Shown here piece by piece: positions 24,654 to 36,953 of a stretch of DNA of 64,000 nucleotides (its first letter is position 1; each line of letters begins with the position of its first letter). The notes under the pieces are model-generated. The model saw nothing but the letters and a program-made list of their open reading frames with translations. It ran no database searches and was not told the origin of the DNA. Position numbers and translations under genes: made by a program. The DNA lies in NCBI GenBank assembly GCA_010909165.1, contig VJWM01000019.1:1612001-1676000 (forward strand), given 5' to 3'. This stretch comes from Anthoceros angustus (taxonomy: Eukaryota; Plantae; Anthocerotophyta).

Positions 24654-26620
24654 ATGCTGCGTGCTGTTTCCTCCTCCGCCTTGTGGCGGCCGGTTACGGG
24701 ACTTGCTTGGATTCGTGGTGGGCCCGGCAGGAGATGGTGGAGTCCGCAGGACAATGCTCCCTTCCTCGCCCCGTCTTTCTCTTGGGTTGCTCCTGGTGCG
24801 AAGGTTGCTGGTAGTGGAAGGCGAATTTGTGCAGCTGGTGAGACCCTCTTTGGGCTTGCACGAAGGGAGCAACTGCAAGTTGGAACCTGACAAGTGTGCT
24901 TGTTCTTGGCATAGGCAGCCTACAGGACGAGATTGTGGGGGCGGATGGTAGTGAAAATGGTGAAGAGCTTGAAGACATCCAGTCTGAGGATGAGCAGGCT
25001 GTGGAGCCAGGGAATCGTGGACGTGAGGCATGTTCTGTGACCTTTGGAATGGATTTTGTTTTATGCACGGAATGGCAGGAGAAAGCTCATTTTGTTTTAG
25101 GCACGATGTATCAGGGCAAGCTGGAGCCTGGGTTGTATCTGGTTGCAACCCCGATTGGGAATATGGAAGACATCACCTTTCGGTGAGGAAGTGTTAATGC
25201 AGTAGGAAGGAGACCATGTACTTTCCCAGGCAGCCGTGATGACGTACTGGAGTGGTTGATGAACGATGTGCAGTGCCATTCGAGTTTTGAAATCAGCTCA
25301 GCGGATTCTTGCTGAGGATACCAGGCATTCGAGGAAGCTGCTTACCTACTACAACATTCATACGCGCATGGTGTGTCATTAACTTCACGGTAGTCTCTTC
25401 AACATGCCATGTCCCTCTGCGAGCTTCATGTCTCTTACCGGGATAGTGGTTTGCTACTCATGGGTCAGCTGGTGCTGAAATGCAGACGAGTTACCACAAG
25501 TTCAACGAGACTGCCAGCCAACAGAAGATTGTGGAATGGCTGCAGACGACAGAGGACATCGTTGCTCTCATATGTGATGCAGGCACCCCGGGGATCAGTG
25601 ATCCTGGTGCTGATCTGGTATGCCTCACTCTACCATCCGCGCTGCCTTCTCCTGGCCTTGTAACATTCTGCCACTGACAAGCAGTTCACCTCTTAGGTGC
25701 TGGCTTGTGTGAGGGCAAAGGTTCCTGTGTATCCGATCCCCGGCCCTTCTGCTGTCATCACAGCGCTTATTGCATCCGGCTTGTCTACGGAAGAGTTCTC
25801 ATTCGGTGAGCTGCATTCTCTTCCCTTGCCCTCGTTGTGCAGATCGATACCTGAAGAAAGAGTGTGACTCAGTAATGTGCTGATGGCAGTTGGGTTTCTT
25901 CCAGCACAAGCAAGTGCACGAAGACAGAGGCTGACAGCTGCTGCTCAGTCCCCTGGCACGCAGATATTCTATGTTCCTCCCCACAAACTGCAAAGCATCC
26001 TTGAAGACTGTATACTTGCCTTTGGAGGCTCCAGGTCTCGGAACATGTTTACAGCAACAACCTGAGCCAAGCTTGTCCTTTCTCTCTCGCATGGCCTCAC
26101 CTTGAGCATGTATGTGGCAGGCAGTGTGTAGTTGCGAGAGAACTCACCAAAATTCATGAAGAAGTAGGTGAAAAATACCTTTCTGTGATGACACTCACTG
26201 TCACTGCTCTGGTTGTACATTTACGAAGAATGCTCGATGGTTTCGCAGTTTTGGCGAGGGGATCTGACCGAGGCCCAGGAGGAGTTTACCAAGAGAACCC
26301 CACGAGGGGAAGTCACACTGCTGGTGGCTGGCACTTCTGGTGAAGCCCTGCCAACAGAGGAAGAGGTGGAGTCTCGAATTGAGTTCTTGCTGGCCTCGGG
26401 AATATCTCCTTCAGAGGTACTGCCACGAGCACAGGGCGTTCAGGGCGCTCTTTGTTCATCTGATTGCTCAACACAGCTCTGTGCACCTTCGCAGGCCAGC
26501 AGACAAGTGGCAAAGGAAACCTCAATGAGGAGGAACGTTGTGTATCCTCTTGCTCTGAAGTTGTTCACACGTAAGCGTCAGGAGGATCAGGTAGCAGGGA
26601 GCAAGTGGACACGCAAGTAG
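24654..26620 (+). CDS. rsmI: Organellar 16S rRNA (cytidine-2'-O)-methyltransferase RsmI (tetrapyrrole methylase family), multi-exon
   Basis: LYLVATPIGNMEDITFR, ILAEDTRHS, SYHKFNE, ALICDAGTPGISDPG, PIPGPSA, GFLP, VARELTKIHEE and RGEVTLLV in spliced exons. The start codon is uncertain (24561 is also possible). Confidence 0.93.
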
Positions 26621-27129
26621 CATTAGCAGAAGGCTCCTGTGATGCTGCTGGGTTCCACTCCCACTAGCATCTAATGGTACACATGCATGTCATGTTAGAT
26701 CTTGCCTTGAAATAAACCAGGTGCATGAAAACCTGCTCAACAAGGACTACCACTGGGCATAGCAGACCTGAAGGAGCAGTACCCGTATCCACCAAGTTGT
26801 CTGGCGCCACTACTCCACTGCCCAATAGCCTCGACCACCTCCACATCAAACTGGAGTGACGGCGTATATGTGACGCTGATTCGGCTGCAGCCTGGGGACT
26901 AGTGGCTCCTGTAGCGAGCTCGAGCCTGCTTACTGTCATTGATCAAGCTGAAACCAGTTGGCTTTCCCTTTGATACTTGATTGTCGTAGAATAGCCTAAA
27001 CGCTACGTTAGCCCGGAGGACGATTCTCTTTCGGTACGTATTCCTAGAACAGCGGGATCAATTTCAACTGTAGAAACCGATTTGTTATAATCCACGAGCA
27101 AATGTAGCTACAGCAGCTTACCGTGGCGC

Positions 27130-27228
27130 TTTGTTGTGTATGGACAAATGGAGGAGGCAGGCCTCATGTTGGCTAAGCTTGTCACTTTTGCTTGCCTTCT
27201 CAAGACTTGTGGAAGCAAATTGTGGTGA
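27130..27228 (+). pseudogene. Isolated PPR (PLS-type) motif fragment
   Basis: FVVYGQMEEAGLMLAKLVTFACLLKTCGS resembles the PPR pattern LYxQMxxxGxxPDxVTFxxLLKACGS. A stop follows immediately. Confidence 0.55.
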
Positions 27229-27236
27229 ACTGGGAG

Positions 27237-28544
27237 GCTGCCAGGGCAAGGGACCGTTGGATGTTAAGGTTGTGGTCAAGCTCCAAGAAATCAGCTGTTG
27301 CTTGGAGCTGAGCACATTATTGCAGCTATCCAGAAACTGATGGCCTTGATTTTGATGGTTGCTGTGGCAAATCTCCGTCTCATCAGTTCACGTGTTTGTT
27401 GCAGGTAAGAAAATCGACTTCATTAAAGCTTGTGGCTGGGTAGGTCTTACTGCCAGCTAGGTTCACCTGGTTTAGTTTGATTGTACGAGACTCGGCTGCT
27501 GTGACCGCAGGAACCAGGAAAGGTCGATCAAGGTCTGCCAAGAAGGAAGACACTGCAGAGCAGCCCTTGAAAAGGGGCAGGGCTACAAAAGCCAAGACAA
27601 TTGCTACTAGGCAGCAGAAGGCAGCAGTTGGGCACGGCACTAGAAGTCAATCTGTAGCAGTGTCCAGAAAGGGCTTGCAGTGTACAGAACGGCTTGCAAT
27701 CCGAGAACTACCTCCTCTCCAGTCTGGTCTCGTCAATTCAGCAGTTTACAAGCGTTGGGTGCGTACGGATGTGTTCAGGAGATATGTCCTGGTGCTACAT
27801 TTCCCAACATAACAAGCTGCGTGCACACGAGATGGGGAACCTGGGTTGCGGGTTTGCATGTCGCTTCTGAGGAGGCCTGCTTCTCTGGTTTGATCCTCTC
27901 AGCAGCAGCTTGGAGACCTTCAAGTAGCATTCCACTTTTTGTAGAGGAATAGCAAGACATGAGAGAGAGTTCAGGTATCGAACATCGGCTATATTTTTGT
28001 TCTTGGGGAATAAAATGTAAGACCCACTTTCAGGGTTTCGGTTAGCAGTTGTTCAGTATGCTGTAGAAAAAGCCAGCCTTCGTAAGGCAGTCGGATCAGG
28101 TGCAGGGCGCTCTGCCGAGCAATGGCTTCGCTGAGGTAGGCGCTGTCCAGCATAGCAGACAACTTTCTACAAGTGTTTTTGTGTAGTTAAATAAATTGGT
28201 TATTCTAGAAGGATGACTGCTGGAAGTAGAATCTCTAACTACCTTCCGACGTCACAGACGAACTACAAGGTATCAGCAATCACATGCCATCACACAGATC
28301 CCTGTGAACCAGGGAGCCATTTCTCTCTCCCAAAATTCTGTAGCGTCTGCATCTCCATCAAAGGTGCTTGAGTTACAGATGCCGAAGCGCAGTTCATTAC
28401 GTTTGGCACGGCTAGTTCTATAAGAACAGAAACATGGCTTCGCACAGAAAATTTTCCAAGCAAAATAGAAGACCTCATTCTCATTTCCCAACCCAAATTA
28501 TGTCCTACATCCCTGTGTTGAATGAAGGTCTGCGTTGCACAATC
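27237..28544 (+). pseudogene. Chimeric duplicate of FPG 3' region (42198-43684, with internal deletions) fused to 38745-39244
   Basis: Direct similarity, including introns (GKKIDFIK exon, DSAAVTAGTRKGRSRSAKKEDT). At ~28055 it switches to agtatgctgtagaaaaa, the 3' end of the 36954-38824 gene. Confidence 0.9.
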
Positions 28545-29062
28545 CTTGTTACAGGGCAGACACAATCTCACATAAGCAGCGATGAGCGAAAGCGTGCTCA
28601 GCACGCTGCCAACGGTGACGACAGGAACAGGAGTGGTTATTGAAATCCCTTTGAAGGCCTGGTGATCTCACGCCTTCAAGATCAAGGACCTTGGTGAAAC
28701 AAGCACGACCGCAGGTCGGCAAGCAACCGCATCTGCTGCCGGAGGCCAAGATCGATAGCTGCTGTGCCCAGGAAGGGTGCCGGACCACCACCACCACCAT
28801 AGCGGCGATACGTCGTGCCACCTTCGCCGCCGCCGCCACCGCCTCACACCTTGAGAAGCAACACAGCCTTTACACTTTTAATTGTTTACTTGACGCCAAT
28901 AAAATATAAAATTAAGTCGTTCGTAAGTGTCAAAATTCGTGTCAGCCGTGAAAGGAACAATGGGGCTGATGCTGTACGTGGGACCATGTGCTCTGGCCGA
29001 AAAAAGTAGCAGCCTGCTAGATGGCAGCCTGGCAAAGTCGGACTCCAACCCTGCGGCCAAGT

Positions 29063-31008
29063 TCACCGAACTTCCGTCGCCTTGAGGTAGTTGTCAGCAG
29101 CCACAGCCACTGACTGAACTGTTACCGGCACACCTCGACCCATCTACACTCTCAACCAGACTAGATTGGTCTCGTTTTCATATACTTAAACGAAGAACAA
29201 ACAGCTGTACCGGAGGCCAAGGAAAACGAGCTTACCGTAGATGTCAGATAAATCTTATGCACGTATCCCGCATACCGTGAGCCTGGAGATCAGTTGATCC
29301 ACAACATGAGGACACTTCACAACAAGAAACGACGCTATACGTATGCAGGGACTCACTTTTCTTCAACCCCACGGGTTTAGCTCCCAATAGCGCAGCCACG
29401 AAGGCAGCGATATTCTCTTGCAGAGCTGCTTCGGAGAAGCTAACCTGTCAGAGGTTACCCTTGGTGATCAGTCAGTCACCTTTTGCTGTTAGGCAACGAG
29501 AGAAAGCCTGAAGATTTCTACAATATCAACGAGAATGAACGTTTACACTACAAGAGTGACCAGGGCTAGGACCGCCTGCCTTGCCGAGTCCAGCGTGAAC
29601 GATGCCAGTTTTGTCCACTCTGAAGTCAACTCGTCCCTGTTTGGCAGCTTTCACCGCTTCCGCAACATTGTTCGTCACAGAGCCTACCTGCCAGAGAGAG
29701 CGAATTAAGTTCCTGAACTAGAAACACACTGAACTGTTGGACAAACAAACCTCAAGGTAGAACCCAAAATCACCTTCGGATTTGGCATTAGCCCTCTGGG
29801 CCCTAAAATGCGTGCCACCTGTTGAAGACAGAACAGTGAGGTCTCGCACACACGGGCACTGCTGCCTATTTGACACCGCATCTAGTCAACTTGAACCTTT
29901 AACAGAACTCAAAGCGAGACACGCAAAATCAGCCTATCAGCCACAACCTTGCCGAGTTTCGGCATAAAAGCTGGAGTGGCAATGCATTTATCAAACTCCA
30001 ATTTTCCCCCACCTGCAAAGCAAGTGCAATACGCATCAACACCTAGTTATTCACGGCCCTCAGACCACATTAGGCCAGGCACAAAATGTGACCATTGCTT
30101 CCCATAACAGGACGCAACTTACCATCCTTAATGGCATTCACTAGCTCGTCAGCACCAACAATGTCCGCTCCCGCAGCTTCAGCTTCCTGAGCAGCTGCCC
30201 CCTCCGCGAACACTGCCACCCTCACCACCTATTCCCAGCATGAATTCACATTGCTTGCCCTAGCACATAAAAGGCAGGACAATGGCCGAGCTCATACAAC
30301 GTAGGATGAGCAACAACACTGACCTTCCCACTACCATGGGGAAGAGTTGCAGCACCACGGACCATCTGCAACCAACACAAAACCACAAACCCTAATAAAC
30401 CACACCGTTCCCCACCCCTTTCTCCCCTCCCCCCCAATGCAAATTCAAGACACCACAAAAACCGACCTGATCTCCTCGCCGTGGATCAACACCGAGCCGA
30501 ACATGAGCCTCCACAGTCTCATCGAATCGAGCACGGGCCCCTGTCTACATCCCGAAAATGCAAGCCAATCAGCTCCGAGACCTGCCATCCTCCATTCAAA
30601 CGGGCAGCAACTTCCTCCCACCTTCACAAGCCGGATGGCATCCATCAACCCGACCGGATCCGGCCGCTTCTCGAACTTCTTGGCAGCGAATCCAGGAACT
30701 GGAATTTCCTCAACCTTCGGCTTCGGAACCCGCTTCACGGCCGCCTGCTGCTGCCTCACCACAGCCTCCGGCACCTCCACACGCACCCGATCCTCCGGCA
30801 GCGGCGCCACCCGCGGCTTCTGCAGCTGCACCAGCAGCTCCGAGAGGTTGTATGCGCCGCCGGAGGACGAAGCGGGATCAGCGCTTCCGCCACCATTTCC
30901 CGCATCAGCCGAGAAACATCGACAGGACCGGCAAGCCGCCGTCGCCCGCCCTCCCACAGACGGAAGCAGCCGCTGCCTGGCCGCCCGCATCGCCATCCCC
31001 GACGCCAT
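29063..31008 (-). CDS. RPL1: Ribosomal protein uL1, mitochondrial type, multi-exon
   Basis: [104 protein letters not shown]. Arg-rich presequence ends RCFS. Confidence 0.93.
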
Positions 31009-31476
31009 CGTCTCCCATCCAATTCTCGAACCCCTGATTGCAAATTACCTCACTGAAAAAATCGAAGAATAAGCACGTTTCATTTCACGAACCAAGGCTA
31101 GACGAGGCAAAATCTTCGAGCGCTTGGCCTCCATGCGAAAGCCACGCGCGGAATATTTACCCGGTCAGTTTCACCCGGCAGGTCACCTGCACGAGACTCG
31201 CAGCGAGCAATGGGAGACGGCCACGTCTGCCGTGAGCATCCTCGGGCCTGTGGAGCTCTGGTGCAGGAATTTTGTGTGGAGCGTGAAGCCAAGGAGAGAT
31301 GCCGGCACCATAGAGTGCGGACGCGGGTCGTGAAGAGTTTTCGGATAGAAACGTGGGTTGCATCGCGAATTCCAGGCTAGCGGTGGAGGAGGGTGTCGAG
31401 GCAGGGAGCGGGAAGGGATAGATTTTGTGGGTTGTAGAATTTCTCTGAGCTTTCGGGGGATTCTGGATTGTCCAGG

Positions 31477-33303
31477 ATGACAGCAACGGTGGCGGTTTGC
31501 GGGGCTGTGGGAGCTGCTGCGGGAGCGTCTTCCTCTCAGCCCTTGGTGGGCGGTTTGAGGACGAGGCAGCCGGGGAGGGGATGGCAGTCTCTAGGGTTCT
31601 CCAACAGCGCGGGATTCGGGTCGCTGGATTTGGTAGCACAGGCTGTGCGTGCCGAGGAGCGGCCAGAGGTGCGTCGGTTTGGTATCAGGTGTGACGCTAC
31701 AGCTGCGGAGGCAGCTGCCGAGGCGTCCTCTTCTGTTGTGCTGGAGAAGAAGAGCTCCAGCGAGGAGACCATACAGAATTTCCTCCAGCGGGAATACAAG
31801 TGGGGGTTTGTGTCGGATATTGAGTCGGTGTCTATCCCGAAGGGGCTGTCGGAGGAGACTATCAGGTTGATATCGGCGAAGAAGAAGGAGCCGGAGTGGA
31901 TGCTAACTTTCCGTCTGAATGCGTACAAGCAATGGCTGAAGATGAAGGAGCCGGCCTGGAGCGATAACCGCTACCCGAGTATCGACTTTCAGGATATTTG
32001 CTACTACACGGAGCCCAAGCAGCAGGAGAAGAAGCAGAGCTTGGATGAGGTTGATCCTGACTTGTTGGAGACGTTTGCCAAGCTCGGAATTCCTCTTACA
32101 GAACAGAAGCGGCTGGCGAATGTGGCTGTGGATGCTGTTTTCGACAGCGTGTCTATTGCTACCACGCATAGGAAGACGTTAGCGGCTTCGGGAGTCATCT
32201 TCTGTTCGATATCCGAGGCTGTGAGGGAGTATCCCGAGCTTATTAAGAAGTATCTAGGCAAGGTTGTTCCTGTTACTGACAACTACTACGCTGCTTTGAA
32301 CTCTGCAGTGTTCAGTGATGGGTCCTTCTGCTACATACCGAAGAACACGGTGTGCCCCATGGACATTTCCACGTACTTCAGGATTAATGCTCTGGAGACA
32401 GGACAGTTTGAGAGGACCTTGATTATAGCCGAGGAAGGAAGCGAAGTTAACTATCTCGAAGGCTGCACAGCCCCTTCGTATGATAGAAATCAGCTTCATG
32501 CTGCGGTCGTGGAGCTGTTTTGTGCGGAGCGTGCGAAAATCAACTACTCTACTGTGCAGAATTGGTATGCAGGTGACGACCAAGGGAAGGGTGGTATATA
32601 CAACTTTGTCACCAAAAGAGGGCTGTGTGATGGGGCCAACTCTTTGATCTCCTGGACTCAAGTGGAGACGGGATCTGCAATCACCTGGAAGTACCCGAGT
32701 GTGGTGTTGAAAGGGGACAACTCGGTGGGCGAGTTTTACTCTGTGGCGCTGACAAACAAAATGCAGCAGGCAGACACTGGGACGAAAATGATCCATGTTG
32801 GAAAGAACACACGAAGCCGAATCATCTCCAAAGGAATATCAGCCGGCCAATCTCGGAACTGCTACAGGGGTCTGGTACAGGTGCAACCTTCAGCTCACAA
32901 TTCGAGGAACTTCTCTCAGTGTGATTCAATGCTGATTGGTGATAAAGCTGGTGCCAACACGTATCCTTACATTCAGGTATGCCGTCTGCTATCAGGTTTA
33001 GAAGGTCATGTGGAGTCTATTGTGCTCCAAGACCCCTCGTCGTTGTCCCTTACACCATGATGTTTCCCTTCTTTGTGGCCACAGGTAAAAGATCCAACAG
33101 CAAGAGTTGAGCACGAAGCAAGCACCTCGAAAATCAGTGACGACCAGCTTTTCTACTTCAGACAAAGAGGCATTGATACAGAAAGGGCCGTTGCTGCAAT
33201 CATCAGCGGCTTCTGCAGGGATGTCTTCAACAAGCTCCCCCGAGAGTTCGCTTCAGAAGTTAACCAGCTAATGAGTCTGAAGCTGGAGGGTAGTGTCGGA
33301 TAA
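31477..33303 (+). CDS. SUFB: Plastid Fe-S cluster assembly scaffold SufB (NAP1/ABCI8), one intron at 32977-33084
   Basis: [80 protein letters not shown] and LKLEGSVG, with a transit peptide. Confidence 0.97.
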
Positions 33304-34074
33304 TTGCTCAGCAACTTGGGTGCGCCTCTTGCCGTGCGGTTTCCTCTTGTATTATTTTTAAGCACTTATTAGTAAGAGTCCATGTGAGCCTTGCCCACAG
33401 CAAGGAAAGGCATCTTTGAGCTGGTTTGCAACAGGAGAAGGTTCCTAGTGACGAGCGAGCCGTGGCCCCCAAACGGTTGTAACGCCGCATAGTCCTCCAA
33501 GAAGCATTCTCCAAGATGCAGTCAGTCCTGACGTCGCTGTGGGATGCAACGGCCTGTGATGCACTGCAACTAAAGCCACTGCGGATCCGGGAGGCTAAAC
33601 ATGAGGCTAGCAAGCACTCAGATTCAGCAGCTTGTAGATTTCGATGTGTGAATTGTACCCTGGTATGTGTTCGATGTCATATTTGGCTTCAATCTTTGTC
33701 ATCTCGGTCTTCCTAACCATCAAACCTCTAAACTAGGTCTAGTTTTCCAAACGCCGTGAGGCGTCCTTTAGCGATAAGCCCGAGCCCTTGTTCCGGTCAG
33801 CCAAAGCCCGAGCGCGTAACGAGACCGACAAGGCAAATCTCACTTGTTTTCAAGAACTATTAGAACAGGGTAAGAGCCCTTCCCACTAACTCTCGTGAGG
33901 GTTGAGGGTTTGTCTTCGTTATGATCACTAAAGTTTTTGCACGAAATTGATATACCTATTTTTGCATACACTCAGTGGTCTGGTAGATCTGTCACTATTG
34001 CATACCGAGATATGAGAAAACATGTGATCTCAACCATGGATTTCAATGCCACCTTGTTGTTGTGTGGTATTGGT

Positions 34075-34805
34075 TATGGAATACCGATATGGTCACTCGG
34101 CATCGTGTGTGTGTGACTTTTTTTTTTGGGTGTACGCTACAGAAATATGCCATGACATCTTTCAGATATTTGCATACAATATACGTATAATACGTGCCAC
34201 ATCAGCTTCTGTAGCTTCATACGCGGGGCAAAAACTTTCTACGACACGATGATAGCCTGGTGTTCTGATTGTGTCATGCATGCGCATGTTTTCTTGTTTA
34301 GGGTTTTAGGGTTCCGATCACCACACATACATGTTAAACAGGCAGCCAAGACACACATACTGCACCCCATAGGGGACAGGCCTAGCAAACATTGCAGCCC
34401 TATATGCAGCCAGTGCCAAACACTGTAGCTTTGCACGTAAGGGCAAACGCACTCAGCCGCGTCGCAAACATAGACGATGAGTGCAGCGCAAACGCAATTG
34501 CAAATGGTGGGCACAACGCAAACGCAACCGCTCACATACAGCACCCAGTGCCGCAATGGCGCGGCAACGCAAATGACCCTAAACGCAACCCTAAACCCGA
34601 GAGAAGAAAGGTTTCTGTATATCGTGAAAGCTTTGTGTGCATCATGGGGTAGGTTGACGACATCGGTACACCGGGTGGCCGCAGCCCCGATCGATGTGGT
34701 CATGCATGACCTACCGAAATAGTTCCGCCGTATACGGCAAGACTGTTTCTTTCTGTCCACAACCCTAAAAAAATGTGGATGCCGATGATGGATCCAGATT
34801 CCATA
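34075..34805 (+). mobile_element. Non-autonomous TIR element, unit 1
   Basis: Begins TATGGAATACCGATATGGTCAC and ends in a degenerate ...ATTCCATA. It is an inverted copy of 35992-36749 and contains TTTAGGG/CCCTAAA motifs. Confidence 0.8.
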
Positions 34806-34858
34806 CACGGCGAAAGAGTGAAGGAGGGCGGGAATACTTACCAGCGAAATCTCAAAGG

Positions 34859-35905
34859 TATGGAATACCGATCTCGTCACGGAGCCGTTTAGGGTTTTTT
34901 TTTCGATGGTGACAAAAGAAGTTTTTCTGCCGCATATGGCGGGAAAACTTCTCATGTCACACACTTGACGACATCGGCCGTGGGCGCTTGCCCCCCTCGT
35001 GTCTCGATGTCGTCAAGTGGTGTGTGAAGATTCTTTTTAGGTTGTGACACACAAGGTTTTCTTTTTTAGGGCTGTCAGAACATGGACCTTCGCACATCCA
35101 TCCTGCATGACCCCATCTGCCCGTCAGTTTGCCATAAACAAACCGTCACCAGGCCTTTGTGGCAGATAGCTTGGAGGAGCCATCCGCGCCTCGCGCCACT
35201 AGCTTTCGCAGCCATCCAGGCCTTTGTGGCAGATAGCCTGGAGGAGCCATCTACACCTCACATGCCTGGCTTTCGCAGCCATCCAGGCCTCGCGCGCCTG
35301 GCTTTCGCAGTCATCCAGGCCTTTGTGGCACATAGCCTGCAGCAGCCATCTGGGCCTCGCGCGATTGGCTTTTGCAGCCATCCAGGCCTTTGTGGCACAT
35401 AGCCTACAGCAACCATCCGGGCCTCGGGCGACTGGCTTTCGCAGCCATCCAAGCCTTTGTGGCACATAGCCTGCAGGAGCCATTCGGGCCTCGCGCGACT
35501 GGCTTTCGCAGCCATCCAGGCCTTTGTGGCACATAGCCTACAGGAGCCATCCATGTGCGGTACAAGCAAACCCTAAACATGAGTATGTGTGTTTGACAAA
35601 AACCCTAAATGGCAGAAAGAAAAGTAGATGACGAGATCGGAATACGAGGGGGCAAGTTGAGAGACAAAAAAACTTTGTGGTGCAAGGGGGCAAGTTGCGA
35701 GACAAAAAAAACTTTGTGGCGCCTACGGCCCATAGTGCGTTGATGTGGCCCGTATGTGATGAAGGAATCTTGAAGATACCTGGGCATGATGTGGCCCGTA
35801 TGTGATGAAGGAATCTTGAAGATGCCTGGGCATCTTCAAGATTAATACTGGAGAAAAAAAACTTGTCACAGAGACCCTGCCTCGTGACGAGATCGGTATT
35901 CCATA
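34859..35905. mobile_element. Non-autonomous TIR element, unit 2, with perfect 23-bp TIR and 6-bp TSD CAAAGG
   Basis: TATGGAATACCGATCTCGTCACG ... CGTGACGAGATCGGTATTCCATA, with CAAAGG at 34853-34858 and 35906-35911. Confidence 0.88.
35149..35552. repeat. ~67-bp minisatellite (about 6 copies) inside TIR unit 2
   Basis: Recurring CTGGCTTTCGCAGCCATCCAGGCCTTTGTGGCACATAGCC. A separate ~46-bp duplication lies at ~35742-35835. Confidence 0.9.
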
Positions 35906-35991
35906 CAAAGGCCAGGTGCGTTCCAACACCTAATCGAGGAAAAGTAAAAACCACACCGTTTTTTTGTTTCATCTCTATCGTTACCAATATT

Positions 35992-36749
35992 TATGGAATA
36001 CCGATCTGGTCATGCGGCATCTACATTTTTTTAGGGTTGTGGACAGAAAGAAATATTCCCGCCGCATACGGCGGAACTATTTCCGTATGTCACGCATGAC
36101 CACATCGGTTGGGGCTGTGGCCACCCGGTGTACCGATGTCGTCAACCTACCCCATGATGCACACAAAGCTTTCACGATACTTAGAAACTTTTCTTCTCTT
36201 GGGTTTAGGGTTGTGTTTAGGCAACTTTTCTTCTCTTGGGTTTAGGGTTGTGTTTAGGGTCATTTGCATTGCCGCGCCATTGCAGCACTGGGCGCCGTAC
36301 ATGAGCGGTTGCATTTGCGCTGCGCTTACCGTTTGCAATTGCATTTGCACTACACTCATCGTTTGTGTTTGCGGCGCGGTTGAGTGCGTTTGCCCTTATG
36401 TGCAAGGTTGCAATGTTTGGCACTGGCTGCATATGGGGCTGTAACGTTTCCTAGGCCTGTTCCCTATGGGGGTGCAGTATGTGTGCCTTGGCTGCCTGTT
36501 TAACATATATGCGTGGTGATCGGAACCCTAAAACCCTAAACATGTGCATGATACAATCGGAACACCAAGCTATCATCGTATCCTAGAAAGTTTTTACCCC
36601 GCGTATGAACCTACAGAAGCTGATGTGGTACGTATTATATGTATATTGTATGCAAGTATCTGAAAGATGCCGTAGCATATTTCTGTAGCGTACATCCAAA
36701 AAAACAGTCACACGCACACGATGCCGAGTGACCAGATCGCTATTCCATA
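35992..36749 (-). mobile_element. Non-autonomous TIR element, unit 3 (inverted copy of unit 1)
   Basis: TATGGAATACCGATCTGGTCA ... TGACCAGATCGCTATTCCATA; reverse-complement match to 34075-34805 along its length. Confidence 0.85.
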
Positions 36750-36953
36750 GCCGTGACGGTGCTACGAAAAGTGTTTTGTTTTTTTGGCTTATGCAGAAAT
36801 TTATAATGGTAAAGGTTTTATTGGATCTTCGGCTTCTTGTTTATCCACGATTGTGTAGCACCGAAGACTAGGTCTGTGCATTTAACAGCTTTGCCCGTAA
36901 CGGGGGTCTACGCTGGTCGGGACTGGGGTGAAGAAGCAATCAGTCTTGTGGCG

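Noticed and set aside
28549-28909. GC-rich ORFs (MAAAAKVARR...) downstream of uL1
   Set aside because: No recognisable family or consistent exon chain; possibly another captured fragment.
31477-33303. SufB or other bacterial-like genes as contamination or organellar insertion
   Set aside because: Spliceosomal introns and transit peptides show these are ordinary nuclear genes.
35149-35552. CRISPR-like array
   Set aside because: The intervening sequences are near-identical rather than unique spacers, there are no cas genes, and the context is eukaryotic.
34239-36444. ORFs of 100-240 aa within the TIR elements
   Set aside because: They are low-complexity, repeat-derived frames with no transposase or other domain.
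34075-36749. A single foldback/MULE element with 730-bp TIRs
   Set aside because: There is no 9-11 bp TSD. Each arm has its own short TIRs and the middle unit has its own TSD.
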